In this document: positions 37,711-52,060 of the stretch, in pieces
Position numbering within the stretch: the stretch's first letter is position 1
Layout of the letters: each line of letters begins with the position of its first letter
Source of the DNA: Dendrobates tinctorius
Taxonomy: Eukaryota
Reading direction: 5' to 3'
Assembly (NCBI RefSeq): GCF_039654945.1
Contig: NW_027361806.1
Location: forward strand, 20,956,001 to 21,020,000
DNA: 64,000 nt
Notes under the pieces: generated by a model
The model's database searches: none
Told to the model about the DNA's origin: nothing
Seen by the model: only the letters and a program-made list of their open reading frames with translations
Made by a program: the position numbers and the translations under genes

Positions 37711-38421
37711 GAGCGGGCAGGATCTCTGCTTGCTGGGAAGTTATGGAGACCGTCATTATTTGTGTCACTGACACCCCGGACACGGCTGATACTGACGGGG
37801 AAGTGACATCTCTGCAAGAATCTCACAAACCGATTTTTTTTCCCGCTATTTTCGGTTCTGACTTTTTTTTTTTCTCATTTGCAATGGAAATGCAGAACTA
37901 TACCCCCCCCCCGTGTGCTGTGCCAGGAAGTGTTGTCATGGGGTCTGTTCAGTGTATTGTATGAGTGACGCAGGTGATCCGGCCTCCGCGGAGCAGCAGG
38001 GCGCACATGACTCTGCCGGACACCACTGGCGCCACCGCTCTCCCAGCAGATCAGTCCTGGGCCGTCCTCTCACACAGAAAAGCGCTGCAGCCGATGACTG
38101 AGGTGACCCCGGCGGTGTAAGAGCGGAGTGACTCCGCCTCCCCCGTCAGTGAGGAGTTACCCCTACCTGCCCCATGGTCCTCCACATCAGACCAGGTATT
38201 AATGAACTTAATGACTTTAGTCGTCCCAGAAAAAAGGTCACGGTGTCATAATCCAACCCGTCATCGGACGGCGCGGCCGACGCCAAAACTGATCAATTAC
38301 AACCTACAGCTCCGAGCGAAAGAAACCAAATCATCACTCGGCTCCATCGACAGAAATGTCAAACGGTGACAGGTCTCAGAAAACCGACACCAAACAATAT
38401 TCCACAAACTTCAGGTTATAT

Positions 38422-40480
38422 ACACGCAGAGCATCACAGCTATGATAGAAAGGAGTCAGGACACGCAGAGCATCACAGCTATGATAGAAAGGAGTCAGGA
38501 CACGCAGAGCATCACAGCTATGATAGAAAGGAGTCAGGACACGCAGAGCATCGCAGCTATGATAGAAAGGAGTCAGGACACGCAGAGCATCGCAGCTATG
38601 ATAGAAAGGAGTCAGGACACGCAGAGCATCACAGCTATGATAGAAAAGAGTCAGGACACGCAGAGCATCACAGCTATGATAGAAAGGAGTCAGGACACGC
38701 AGAGCATCACAGCTATGATAGAAAGGAGTCAGGACACGCAGAGCATCACAGCTATGATAGAAAGGAGTCAGGACACGCAGAGCATCGCAGCTATGATAGA
38801 AAAGAGTCAGGACACGCAGAGCATCACAGCTATGATAGAAAGGAGTCAGGACACGCAGAGCATCACAGCTATGATAGAAAGGAGTCAGGACACGCAGAGC
38901 ATCACAGCTATGATAGAAAGGAGTCAGGACACGCAGAGCATCGCAGCTATGATAGAAAGGAGTCAGGACACGCAGAGCATCACAGCTATGATAGAAAAGA
39001 GTCAGGACACGCAGAGCATCGCAGCTATGATAGAAAGGAGACAGGACACGCAGAGCATCGCAGCTATGATAGAAAGGAGACAGGACAGGCAGAGCATCGC
39101 AGCTATGATAGAAAGGAGACAGGACAGGCAGAGCATCACAGCTATGATAGAATGGAGTCAGGACACGCAGAGCATCGCAGCTATGATAGAAAGGAGTCAG
39201 GACACGCAGAGCATCGCAGCTATGATAGAAAGGAGTCAGGACACGCAGAGCATCACAGCTATGATAGAAAAGAGTCAGGACATGCAGAGCATCGCAGCTA
39301 TGATAGAAAGGAGACAGGACACGCAGAGCATCACAGCTATGATAGAAAAGAGTCAGGACACGCAGAGCATCACAGCTATGGTAGAAAGGAGTCAGGACAC
39401 GCAGAGCATCGCAGCTATGATAGAAAGGAGTCAGGACACGCAGAGCATCGCAGCTATGATAGAAAAGAGTCAGGACACGCAGAGCATCACAGCTATGATA
39501 GAAAGGAGTCAGGACACGCAGAGCATCACAGCTATGATAGAAAGGAGTCAGGACACGCAGAGCATCACAGCTATGATAGAAAGGAGTCAGGACACGCAGA
39601 GCATCGCAGCTATGATAGAAAGGAGTCAGGACACGCAGAGCATCACAGCTATGATAGAAAAGAGTCAGGACACGCAGAGCATCGCAGCTATGATAGAAAG
39701 GAGACAGGACACGCAGAGCATCGCAGCTATGATAGAAAGGAGACAGGACAGGCAGAGCATCGCAGCTATGATAGAAAGGAGACAGGACAGGCAGAGCATC
39801 ACAGCTATGATAGAATGGAGTCAGGACACGCAGAGCATCGCAGCTATGATAGAAAGGAGTCAGGACACGCAGAGCATCACAGCTATGATAGAAAGGAGTC
39901 AGGACACGCAGAGCATCACAGCTATGATAGAAAGGTGTCAGGACTCGCAGAGCATCACAGCTATGATAGAATGGAGTCAGGACACGCAGAGCATTGCAGC
40001 TATGATAGAAAGGTGTCAGGACACGCAGAGCATCACAGCTATGATAGAATGGAGTCAGGACACGCAGAGCATCGCAGCTATGATAGAAAGGAGTCAGGAC
40101 ACGCAGAGCATCACAGCTATGATAGAACAGTGTCAAGACACGCAGAGCATTGCAGCTATGATAGAAAGGTGTCAGGACACGCAGAGCATCACAGCTATGA
40201 TAGAATGGAGTCAGGACACGCAGAGCATCGCAGCTATGATAGAAAGGTGTCAGGACACGAAGAGCATCACAGCTATGACAGAAAGGTGTCAGGACACGCA
40301 GAGGATCACAGCTATGATAGAAAGGTGTCAGGACACGCAGAGCATCGCAGCTCTGAGAGAAAGGTGTCAGGACACCCAGAACATTGCAGCTATGATAGAA
40401 AGGTGTCAGGACACACAGAGCATCGAAGCTATGATAGAACGATGTCAGGATACGCAGAGCATCGCAGCTATGTTAGAAAG
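38422..40480. repeat. 39-bp minisatellite (about 52 units) in fpgt intron 1
   Basis: Unit ACACGCAGAGCATCACAGCTATGATAGAAAGGAGTCAGG. Confidence 0.97.
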
Positions 40481-40689
40481 GGATTGTTATGTTGTTAAAA
40501 CTACGTCCTAGGACCACGGTTTCTTGATGTTCAGAAGTGTTACCTTGTTGTTTCCCTCCCTAGGAGTGTGTGTGGTAGACAGACGCTCCTGCTTGAGGCG
40601 CGGTGTCGGTGTACAGTTCTCTTGAGATGAATCCCCTCTCCTATCCCAGGTAATTGTGCGCTGATTCTGTTTCTGCTCCCCCCATACAG

Positions 40690-40857
40690 GTAGAGAGGCG
40701 CCGGCCGGGGAGTTCTGGGATGTGGTGGTCATTACCGCGGCCGACAGACAGCAGGAGCGGGCTTATCACCGGCAGATAGCTGATAAACTGGCGAGGAGAG
40801 AACTTCCTCTCGGAGTTCGTTATCATGTTTTCTCTGATCCGCCGGGACCTAAAATAG
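40690..40857 (+). CDS. fpgt: FPGT exon 2 (168 nt; [13 protein letters not shown]...[19 protein letters not shown])
   Basis: Splice sites ccatacag|GT...ATAG|gtgagc; characteristic FPGT/fucokinase N-terminal motifs. Confidence 0.95.
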
Positions 40858-41743
40858 GTGAGCTCTTCAGCTCTCTTTATAATTGGAAGCCTTAAGCCCG
40901 GAGCAGCGCTCCCATCTGTGGCTTTGTGTCTCCGCCAAGCACACGGGCTGCCAATTTAGTGTTTGATCTGAGCCTATAAATATCTGTCCGTTCCTCAGCT
41001 TTATTGTTAACGGGAGAAGTGCCGGCGTCCCCTCTAATCTTCTCCCCACAACACTTGACTTCCCAAACAGCCGCGGTGTGCGCCCACAGGGCGCTGCCAC
41101 CTAATGAACACGTCGCCCGGCAGAGACGGGCCGCACCACTCATCTCTACCTGCATCCACACTGCAGAAGTCCTCTAATCTGGCATCCTCTGAATCTGACA
41201 GTGTAGCAGATATTCTGGATTATTGGACAGTCACAGAGAACTGCATGGAGTGTACTGAGGCCGTGTTATATCAGCCTCGTATTTATCCTTTGCGTTGCAC
41301 TCTGCCGTGAATGGGGCTGACAATGTCCATAGATTTTGGTCCCAAGACCGATAAGTGCAGAGACATGAAAGTTGAGGGGCACAAGGCATGGTGGTCTGTC
41401 AGCCGACTGCTGTCCCTCCAGACCCCCCCAGACAAAGACCCTGCACGACTCTGGTCTATTGCTGCTGGGCCTGAGCCCTGCGGACCTCCTCCTACCTGCC
41501 GGTATCTTCCAAGAGGAGGTTTTTATTACTTTTGTTTTATTTACTTGCTGCAATTTTTTTACTGTACTTTTTCTTCTTGCCATAATAAACTATTATTTGC
41601 ATTAATAGGACAGTAGTGGCTGCTCAGTGCTGCTCCCGCACAGATGACTGGAATAAAACAGGTGCAGCGCGACCAAAACCTCTCTCCGGTCTCCCCTGAG
41701 CGGCCCCTCACATTGCCGATGCTGATATTACACGTTCCCTTTA

Positions 41744-42026
41744 GGCTATGTGCACACGCTGCGGTTCCGCTGCGGTTTTGGCCGCAGCAGAACTGCAGCA
41801 GTTCTGCAGACAGTGTACAGTAACATGTTATCCTATGGGATTTACATTCTGCTGTGCACACGCTGCGGATTTTTAACTGCGGAAAAGCTGCGGATTTGAG
41901 TTTGCAGAAAGAATTGACATGTCAATTCTTTTCTGCGGATTCTGCTGCGGTTTACCATCTCCTCCATTGTAGAGATGATAAACGCAGGCTAATCCGCAGG
42001 CTAAACCGCAGCGTGTGCACATAGCC
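41744..42026. mobile_element. Harbinger-like MITE (same family as 36392-36770)
   Basis: TIRs GGCTATGTGCACACGCTGCGG / CCGCAGCGTGTGCACATAGCC with a TTA TSD. Confidence 0.85.
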
Positions 42027-42359
42027 TTAAATTTCTAAAATTGGTGCAGTTTTCTCAGCTTCATCCCCCAATGCGATCACGGAGTGTAAAATCTGACTAA
42101 TCTGATCCTCCTGTTGTCTGATAGATGGTGCTGCCGGCTGTGCTACTGCAGGCGGATCAGCGGGGGTCTGGGGGCATCTCTGCCGCAGTCAGCGAGGGGT
42201 CCGGACCTGTGTGATCAGCTGCAATAAAATACAACCTAAACTTTACTAAAGTTTCTGCTAAATTGTAAATATTCGCTCGGGACCGGATGCAAATCCCAAA
42301 TCTAATAATCAGTTTTCTTCTGCACACAGGGGTCCATGTGGCTTGCACATGCAAGATGC

Positions 42360-42670
42360 AAGGGGGGTGGTCGTCTGGGTGGCGCACACGGGGAGGGTGG
42401 TCGTCTGGGTGGCGCACGCAGGGGGTGGTCGTCTGGGTGGCACGCTGGGTTGGTGGTATAGCTAGCGCACGCGGGGAGGGTGGTCGCCTGGCTGCCGCAC
42501 GCGGGGGAGGTCGTCTGGCTGCCGCACGCGGGGGAGGTCGTCTGGGTGGTGCATGCGGGAAGGGTGGTCGTCTGGCTGGCGCACGCGGGGGGTGGTCGTC
42601 TGGCTGCTGCAGACGGCTGTTGGTCGTCTGGCTGGCGCACACAGAAGGTGGTCATCTAACTGGCGCACAT
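42360..42670. repeat. GC-rich ~30-bp degenerate tandem repeat
   Basis: Recurring GGTGGTCGTCTGG(G/C)TGGCGCACGCGGG units. Confidence 0.75.
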
Positions 42671-42703
42671 GAGGAACTCTTTTTCAGTGCACACTGGGGG
42701 ACC

Positions 42704-43619
42704 TGTTGTGAATTCGCTTTCTGGCCTACCTCTGGTTACTACTGAAGGTAGTGGACCTGGTTGTATTGACAGAGGGGTCGCGAGTATTCTCTTTCCGGGC
42801 TTCCTCTGGTGGTTACAGGAGGTAATGGAGCTGATCTGATTAACAGAGGCTTGCCACCTGATAATGAGGAGGACGATTGGAGATCTGGAGTCTCTGACTG
42901 GATTTAAGACAGACGACTCCCTCTATCCCTGCTGGTGATTTTTCCTGCCTTCTGATTTCTTGGTTTCCAGCTCAGTCCCTGCATGCTCAGCTAAGTGTTC
43001 TTTTGCTATTGTTCACATTTGATCTGGTTTTGTCTATTTCAGTTTTGTGTGGTCAGCCAGCCCCGGCTGGGGCTGTGCTGAATCACCGCCCATATGTTAC
43101 TGCTTGTGCCAGTTTGTTTTTGTTCCTTATTAGATTGGCCTCTTTTTGCTCTGCTTTCAGAATATACCAGAGTGCTGATATAGTAGACGAAGTCGTGCGA
43201 CTTCAGTATTTTTTGCATCAGACGTGTTGGACATTTTTTGCAGGGTTTTTGGCGTGATTGCAGACAGCGTCTTTCCTTTCCTGTCCTTTCTAGTTAGTTT
43301 GGGCCCCATCATTTGCTCAGTCTATTTTCCTACCTGTGTTTTGTGTTTTCATCTTGTCTCACTGACAATATATGTTTGGGGGCTATCTATTCCTTTGGGG
43401 TCTGCTCTGGGGCAGTTTAGATTTCCCCTTTTCTTGCTTTAGGCTTATTTAGTTCTCCGGCTGTGTCGAGGCATCTAGGATCATCGTAGGTACGCTCCAC
43501 GGCTACTGCTAGTGGTGTGGTTAGGATCAGGGGTCTGCAATCCGCTCAGTTACCAACCTCTCTGGTTTTCTGTGGCTTAGCTTGGTCTTGCTCTCCTCCT
43601 CGGTGACCCATTCATAACA
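42704..43619. mobile_element. Solo LTR (916 bp) in fpgt intron 2
   Basis: Termini TGTTGTGAAT...ATTCATAACA form an inverted repeat; flanked by the direct repeat GGGACC (42698-42703 and 43620-43625). Confidence 0.75.
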
Positions 43620-44271
43620 GGGACCCTTATTTTGGCGCTCACAGGGGGCCATCTTACTGGCGCACTCGGGGGTACGCATCTTCAGCGTAGGCAGTGAATG
43701 GTTGACATGTAATTCTCCTGCTCAGTTAGAGGGTAGCTGGATGTTCACAAAAAGTTTCAGATCTCATACAGATGTCTGAAGTCTTGATCAGTGAGGGTCC
43801 GATGCAGAGACCCCGCCGATCATTGATGCGGAGCGCTTGGTAATGGACCTTTAGACTTTCTAGAGCGCAATGGAGAGATGGCGCTGGACTGCTCACGTGC
43901 ATCTTAATGCGGCATACCCGTACACACCTCTCTACTGATCACAACCTCTCACATCCTCGCTGTTGACTCCTGGGGGGCCATTTCTCTAGCCCCTGACCGT
44001 GTGTCTGACAGTGCGGACAGTGTAGGGACGCATCCTCATCCGGCAACACCCGGATGTTCATTCATACGTTTCCAGGAGGAGCAACAGAGGAGCGGTATGC
44101 AGAGTCCAGGATTGTCATTTTGTGGGAAATGGAAGAATTTGTTAAATAAGACAATAGAATCGATGTGTTGTGTCTCCTTTATGTATTACAATATTTAATT
44201 GCATTACCATTTTTATTCTGGATTGTTATAAATTTTATAATTTTGCCCCTTTTTTTTCTTTGTAAATATAG

Positions 44272-44364
44272 GGAACGGGGGCTCGACGCTGTGCGCCCTG
44301 CACCGTCTGCAGCAGCTGTACCCCGACGCGCTCTCCTCCTATACGGTGATCCTGATCCATGCCG
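44272..44364 (+). CDS. fpgt: FPGT exon 3 (93 nt; [32 protein letters not shown])
   Basis: Splice sites aaatatag|GG...GCCG|gtacgt; conserved GNGGSTL and LIHxG motifs. Confidence 0.95.
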
Positions 44365-45080
44365 GTACGTCGCAGCTTTTCTCTGATAATTTTTCCATTA
44401 TACAAGGAATAATTAGCGGCCGGGATAATCGATGGATAATCTCCACTCATCGTGTTGTAACTAATTAGACATAATCAATGCGCTTACATGGAACGGCTCT
44501 GCTAATGATTCTCAATTATCCAAACATCCTTCCCCCGTGTCAAGAAGGTTTGTCTAGTGGTCTCTGTTGGGGTCAATGTCTGCTAAGTGTTTCACATCTA
44601 TCCATATGTACCGCTGCCGATCTGCTGGGAAAATACATCAATAGGGGAGCCGCCGATATAACATAGGTAGTCATTGGCTGCAGGCTGGTTAACCTGACAG
44701 ATGTTCCCCCTGCACCCTCACATACTCCGGCATGGTCAGGCCTAGTGCATATATGTTCCCAATAGGGAGAGGAGAGTAAGCTAAACTCCTACCATACCCC
44801 ATCCTTCTCTGTTGACTTCCACTGGACCCTCTCCTTCCCTGAGTCGACCCCCCCCCCTCCCCCTGAGTCGACCTCCTGTGTCGACCGCCTCCTCTGGGCC
44901 CCCTCCTCCTCTGTCAACCTCCTCCCCATCCAGGAGAATCCCGTGTTTTGCGTTTAGCGCCGGACATTAACTGTCTGGTCCGATCGCTTATCTGTCCGGC
45001 ACCCCTTTGGTTCTTCAGATGGACTTTGCTATAAGTTGTTTATATACTTTATTATTTTTCCTTTTTTCACCATAATATAG

Positions 45081-46477
45081 GCGGCTACAGTCAACGATTG
45101 CCGAATGCAAGTGCTCTGGGCAAGATCTTCACAGCATTACCGTGCGGTGACCCTGTGTACCAGATGCTGGACCTGAAGCTGGCCATCTACATAGATTTCC
45201 CCTCCTGTATGAAGCCGGGCGTACTGGTAACGTGTGCAGATGACATAGAGCTGTACAACAGCGGCGGGCTGGTGGTCACCTTCGATAGACCGGGCATCAC
45301 TGCGCTCGCTCACCCATCCACCCTGGAAATAGGAACGACGCACGGGGTGTTTGTGCTGGAGAATCCCCCCTCTGACTATACTGACTTACAGTACCGGACG
45401 TGCCGATCATACCTCCACAAGCCCAGCATTGAGACAATGCGCCAGGCTAGGGCCATTTCCGCTCTCGAGTCCACATCTGAGATGGTTTATACAGACAGCC
45501 TGTATTACATGGATCACGGCACCGTCGCGTTGTTTCTCCAGTTCTTCGAAGAATTAGGAGTTGTTACCTGTGAAATCGATGCCTACGGAGATTTCCTTCA
45601 AGCCCTGGGACCCGACGCGACCTTGGACTACACCGAAAACACAACCAACGTGTCCAAGATCGAATCCCAGCTCACGGAAGTGAGAAGAAAAATCTTCCAT
45701 CTCCTTAGAGGAACGGAATTCACTGTCATCGCCCTCAATAAGTCCAAGTTCTACCACATCGGGACCTTGCAGGAATACGTGCACCACTTCACCTCCGACG
45801 CCTCGCTCCGGGCAGAACTTGGGTTTCAGTCGAAGGTTTTTAGCATTGTTCCGGATCAAGATGGAGATGTTAGCGAGAAGGCGTGCGTCATCCACAGCCG
45901 AATAGATGCCAAGTGCAGAGTCTCACCTGGCGCAGTCATCGAATATTCCAGGCTGGGCCCCGACGTGTCCGTGGGGGGATCCTGCGTTATCAGCGGCTCG
46001 TGCATAAGCCTCAGATGTGTCGTCCCAGAGAAGTCTTTCGTGAGTTCGTTCAGCCTCGTGATTGACGGCCGAGTGATGTTTGCCACCGTCCTGTTTGGGA
46101 TTGAGGATGACTTGAAGAAGAGCGTGGCTTCCCTGTCGGATCTGAGCGTGCTTCAGATTTTCGGATCCAGCCTCGTTCTGCGCTTCCAGCTCTGGGGTAT
46201 AACAGTTTCTGAAGAACTTTTCTCCGGCGATAAGAAGTCTTTGAGTTTATGGAACGCCCGCATCTTCCCGTGTTTTGCGACCATGCAGGAGTCTGCTCGG
46301 GCCTCGGTGGAGATGCTGGAGGCTATGAGCTGCAATGCGGCGATGGATCTTGGAAGCGTCAGGAGGGTTTCCATCGAGGAGATGTTAGCCGACAAAAACA
46401 TTAATGAAATGTTAAACTTCAGACGGCTTCTTCATGAAGAAATCCAGACTCGGCGGCAAAGAGAAGCCACTAATTGA
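45081..46477 (+). CDS. fpgt: FPGT terminal coding exon; the spliced CDS is 1731 nt, 576 aa
   Basis: Acceptor taatatag|GC. Encodes GGYSQRLPNASALGKIFTALP, TCADDIELY, TTHGVFVL, CEIDAYGDFLQALG, FYHIGTLQEY and SLWNARIFP. Confidence 0.97.
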
Positions 46478-47820
46478 ACGTTGTCTGTTGTTGAAATGGA
46501 CTTAAAGGTACCAGTGAGCAACTGCTCAGAATACTCTGTCCTGTCTGTGCATGAGGAATAACACCATTTCTGGCTATTATATGACTTATAGCCTGCACTT
46601 TTCACCATTCTTCCCCTTTTCAGACTGCATATTCCATTTTCACTTGTCTCTGAGCTAGTGGGTATAGACTAGCTGTTATGCTGTCTCCAATACACAGCAC
46701 CCAGAAATTAGGGATTCCTGTCTCTTTGTAGCAGTGCTGAGCAGTGTACCTGTGAATTCAAATCTTCTAAGGTGAGATAAACACTCACTATACAGTTTCA
46801 GTTGCATAGAGGGAATTATACATCAGTACTGAGCACTGTAGCTGTGGATGAAGTGCTGAATAGATGTAAAACAAACTTGCCAGAAAGTAGCGGTATAGGT
46901 ATATAATTTGTTTTGTTTTTTAGTCTTGCCCCAGAGCTGGATTCTCAGCTACTCTGCTCAGTGCTGTTACATATTGTCCTCCAAGTTGCTGCTTTTTACT
47001 GTGTCTTTGGCTTCTTTCTCTGTCAGTTTCATCCCCCTCTCCATAGACTTTAATAGGCAGCTTTATTCTGATGTCGCAGTGAGTTGGCCGTCTGTGTGTC
47101 TTGTTTTAACCAAGGCAGATTTTAAAAGAATTTTTAAGTAAATGATGAATTTAGGAGGAGCTGGGAAGGTGGTAAGAAGTGGCTCATAAGTGGTGAACGG
47201 AGCAGATTTCTCTTATGATATAATATAAAGTTTCTTATATTCCCTTGTACTATTGTATTGACAGTAACCATCTTCTGTAATGAAGCCACACACAGAGACT
47301 ATATCTATAGAGGTATATATTCTATACACACTACCGTGCAAAAAGTGTCCGAGCTGGAGACGTGTGCCTGGTCTGTTACTATGTCTGTCCGGGGATTGTA
47401 GACTTTTGCATACATTTTATCATGTGGCTTTGTATTGATGCCAATATGTGTTTTATGTGGGGTTGCATAGTATCCTTCCGACTTAAAGGGGATTTGTTCG
47501 ATAATCTATGAACATTCTCTCGTTAGCCCAGTTGCTTCGATCCGCCGGTCACCATTTCCTTCTGAGCCCTTTTGTTTGCACGTGACTGTAGCAGTGTACG
47601 ATTGTCATAGCTAAGCCAGGCCCCTTCTCTCATCTATAGGGGGCTTAGCTATTAAAAAATAGCGGTCAGACTGTCTCCTTCAGGCAATGCGCCGGTAACA
47701 GCCAGACATAAGATACGCCGTCCTGTGTGGAGCAGCCGGGACCGCCACCGTGGGATCAGGACATCGGGATTAATGGTAGAATATTAGTTATGTAGCTTAT
47801 CCGGTCATCAGGATCATCCA

Positions 47821-48455
47821 TGTTACACTGAAGGTATGGGCAGAATGGCGCTGTCATACGGATGTAACACATGCCTTCACTGTAAAAATCTGCATCCTGG
47901 TTTTCGTTATATCACCATGATAATTTTTGGTTTACTTGGTGCTTTTGGGCGGGGACTGTGGGTAGGGTCTTTGGCTCGGCCACGGCTCCTCCGCTGCCTT
48001 TGCTGCATCAATCATCTTGCAGCCATTTAAATCATGGGCAGGAGCTGATTTAGCTGTGGGCAGCGCTCTCGCTGGTGGCGGTCTTCATGAAAATGGCACC
48101 GGAGATGGCGCAGGCGTAGAATGAGATCTGGGAGCAATGACCTGCTGAGATCTCACTCTGCGCATGCGCCACCTCCGGTGCTGTTTTACTGAAGACTGCC
48201 GAAGGTCCATTTTCATGAAGACCACCATCGGAGAAAGCGGCTCCAACAGCTAAGACAGCGCCATGCCAAAGTTTAAATGAATGCAACAGAGGCAGCCACC
48301 ATGGCTGAGCCCCCTGAGCCAAAGACCCTACCCACAGTCCTGCACAGAGGAAGCCGAAATTTAACATAATGATTTAACGAAAACCAGGCTGCAGATTTGT
48401 GGTGTGTGTTACTTCAGTGTGACAGCGCCATTCTGCTCATACCTTTAGTGTAACA
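47821..48455. mobile_element. Non-autonomous DNA transposon with long imperfect inverted arms
   Basis: TGTTACACTGAAGGTATGGGCAGAATGGCGCTGTCA is mirrored by TGACAGCGCCATTCTGCTCATACCTTTAGTGTAACA; inner arms also pair. Confidence 0.7.
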
Positions 48456-49439
48456 TTGATGATCGGTTCTCTTTAGTCGGTTTGTTATACGCTTATTCAC
48501 ACATCCGTACAATCCGCGGTAGCAATGATGTCCCGTGCTTCCATTCGACCGCTGCAGCCAGTCACAGTGATCATGTGATCTATATGCTGGGATAACTGCA
48601 TAGGCCAGTGATTGGCTGCAGTGGTCGCGTGTGTGTGGGGCGCTATGGGGAGGGAAACAGACCAGTGGGACAATCGGCTGAGTAGCGGATCCGAAGTGGC
48701 GGGAGGTGAACATTACCGGCTCGTTCTGATTATTTTGGAGGTTTTGTGCCCTAATTACGTTGTGAAATCTAGAACATAAGTTATTAAATGTTTGCACGGC
48801 CGCGACTAAACCGCGCTCTGTGCACCAGTCCACACGCCGCCACCGCAAATTTTCTACAGAACAATGGAGCCCGACGTGGCGTCTTCCCATAGCTGACGGC
48901 CTGTAAATAAGGCATTGGGCGGAGGATGTCTCGAGAGGTAATTCTCATTAATTACCGAGTCAGACGTGTAGGTGAGCACAGCCGGGTGTGATAACCATCA
49001 CCATTCCTTAATGTGACTGTAGCACTAATTCCTCCGCTGCTGGTGGGGAGTGTTCACCGCCCAACCTGGGGATAGCGGCGTTCACCACCAGGGACCGGCA
49101 CGGTTCACATCAGACGTCCATTCTCTGGTGGCTGCAGAGTGCAGAGCTCCACGTGTTACATAAAGATTGGCGCAAGCTTGTTACGAGCTCACCCTGCAAA
49201 GCCTGACATCTGCGACGAGTCCGCACCTATATCTTCCCGAAAATCGAGGTGATACAAGCAGATTTTTGGATAGACATACCGTGGAGAAATCTGAGGCACA
49301 AACGGCCCTATAATGCGCCCTAATACAGCCCCCATAACAATCTGTGCAGACGCGCTGCACCCCGTATACCGCCGTCGGTGACGTGTTTTTGCATGCCGTG
49401 TTAGTATCCAGATAGTATCTCCAAAATTATCCACAGGGT

Positions 49440-49630
49440 TGTCCAGGCTGCCGGTGGCCATGGCGGGAGGGGCGTCCCAGGCTGCAGACGGCCGTTGCCG
49501 GCGGGAGGGGCGTCCCAGGCTGCCGGCGGCCATGGCGGGTGGGGCGTCCCAAGCTGCAGACGGCCGTTGCCGGCGGGAGGGGCGTCCCAGGCTGCCGGCG
49601 GGAGGGGCGTCCCAGGCAACGGACGGCTGT
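49440..49630. repeat. Short GC-rich tandem repeat
   Basis: Repeated GGCGGGAGGGGCGTCCCAGGCTGC units. Confidence 0.75.
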
Positions 49631-51144
49631 GGCAGAAGGGACAGCTAAGGCTGCATACTACCGTGTCGAAAGTGCTGGCCCAGACTTTGGACGGCCATAA
49701 TGGTTTAGGGGGTGATCAATGTAATTTTGGGGGGTTTTGAACAAATCTGATTAGAAGAATATTATAATTATCTGTATTTTTTATTTTTTTTCCCAGCTCT
49801 TCATTATTCCACTGTTTGGTAACATGAATCTGGCGCTCTCATTGATCTTTTTTCCTTTCTGTATGGTTTTGATGTGGGATCTTCTATCACATTTTGTGTC
49901 TTTCATGGCGCCGGTCACTTACGCTGTTTTTATATGTTCAGCTCCGATGTCTCTGACAATAAATCAACCTCGGGATCAGAGTCCGTGTCGGCCGCTCTCT
50001 CTCTGCACACAATTATCATCTAGACACCGGATGACGCCGGCCACCTCTGCACCTATTATACACACATTTTGTCTGTGTCCTCCGGCGAGCCTGGGGGAAG
50101 AGCCTTAGAAACTGAGCAACAAGAATATTCTGGAAAACCGACAATAAGAAAATAATATACAAGATTAGAAAAACACAGGTTTTTTTCCTTATAAAACAGT
50201 GCCCCTTCTATCCACAGGTTGGGTCTGGTATTACAACACTTAACTTTTTCTTTAACACATTCCCTTTATCTGGTCTCCTCACAGTCATCTCATTATCATC
50301 ACAGACAGGGTCACATCTATAGCAAGGTAATGCAAGATCTCCAATTTTCAATATGTGATGTCACAGCTCACCGTCTCCTCCTCCCTGCACAGTGACATCT
50401 GCACAGATCACAGAGCATGCCCACAACACATTCAAGGAAATCAGTTGGTGATGGTCACAGCTCACTCTCTCCCCTTCTCTGCACAATGTACAGAGCATGC
50501 CCACAACTCTCCCATTAGTCAACACCAGACTATTGGTGCCTAAGCGCCTTGTTCACTGAGCCGTCCCGTGACATCACGTGCTATGACCGATTCTGTATCG
50601 TCAGTCCGTGTTGTGATATAAGGTACCATTTGGTAACAATGTTTTTGCCTCTTGTGTCTATACAGAAATAGTTATCATTTTGGGTCAACAATATAAATCC
50701 CCTGTCATACACATACTAAACCCTGTTAAAGGTGATATTCACCTATTCACTTTTTTTTTTTATTGTTCATTTTCTTTCTAAGTGCAGAGTTAAGAAAACA
50801 CTCTGACTAATCTTGAATTATTTCCAGCCTTTTTACAGTGTGTCTGTAAGTTCTGTATATTGATGACTGTTCTGCAAAAATGTTACAAAATCCACCAAAG
50901 CCCCTGGTTTTCACAGCTCTCTCTGCCTTCCATTGTTTTGTTGTTAGAAGTAACAGCAAAAGGAGGGTGGTGGGTTACACAGATCTCCTCAGTTTGAACA
51001 TGGAAGAAAGCATCTACAGTATCAGGGAGGGCAGATAAAACAGGTTGCAGATGATGAGGAAAGTACTTGAAGATGAAATACCTGCAAGATAGATGCTGTG
51101 CTGATATGTAAGCTAATGAAGACAGCAGCACCTTTGATACACGC

Positions 51145-52060
51145 AAGACCTCACATCCAGCCTATATTACTGGGAGAGATGCACAGAGCACACATCCAGC
51201 CTATATTACTGGGAGAGACATACATACCTCCCATCCAGCCTATATTACTGAGTGACACACAGACCTCTCATCCAGCCTATATAACTGGGAGACACACAGA
51301 CCTCACATCCAGCCTATATTACTGGGAGACACATAGATCTCACATCCAGCCTATACTATTGGGAGAGATGCACAGACCTCACATCCAGCCTATGTTACTG
51401 GGAGAGACACACAGAGCTCACATCCAGCCTATATTACTGGGAGAGACACACAGACCTCACATCCAGCCTATATTACTGGGAGAGACACAGACCTCACATC
51501 CAGCCTATATTATTGGGAGAGATACACAGACCTTACATCCAGTCTATATTACTGGGAGAGATACACAGACCTCACATCCAGCCTATATTACTGGGAGAGA
51601 TACACAGACCTCACATCCAGCCTATATTACTGGGAGAGATACACAGACCTCACATCCAGCCTATATTACTGGGAGAGATACACAGACCTCACATCCAGCC
51701 TATATTACTGGGAGAGACACACAGACCTCACATCCAGCCTATATTACTGGGAGAGACACACAGACCTCACATCCAGCCTATATTACTGGGAGAGACACAC
51801 AGACCTCACATCCAGCCTATATTACTGGGAGAGATACACTGACCTCACATCCAGCCTATATTACTGGGAGAGACACACAGACCTCACATCCAGCCTATAT
51901 TACTGGGAGAGATACACTGACCTCACATCCAGCCTATATTACTGGGAGAGATACACTGACCTCACATCCAGCCTATATTACTGGGAGAGACACACAGAGC
52001 TCACATCCAGCCTATATTACTGGGAGAGACACACAGAGCTCACATCCAGCCTATATTATA
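51145..52060. repeat. 39-bp minisatellite (about 23 units)
   Basis: Unit ACACAGACCTCACATCCAGCCTATATTACTGGGAGAGAY. Confidence 0.97.

Noticed and set aside
38366-40511. 710-, 689- and 586-aa ORFs as genes
   Set aside because: They are overlapping frames of a stop-free 39-bp minisatellite inside fpgt intron 1, with no unique domain or splice support.
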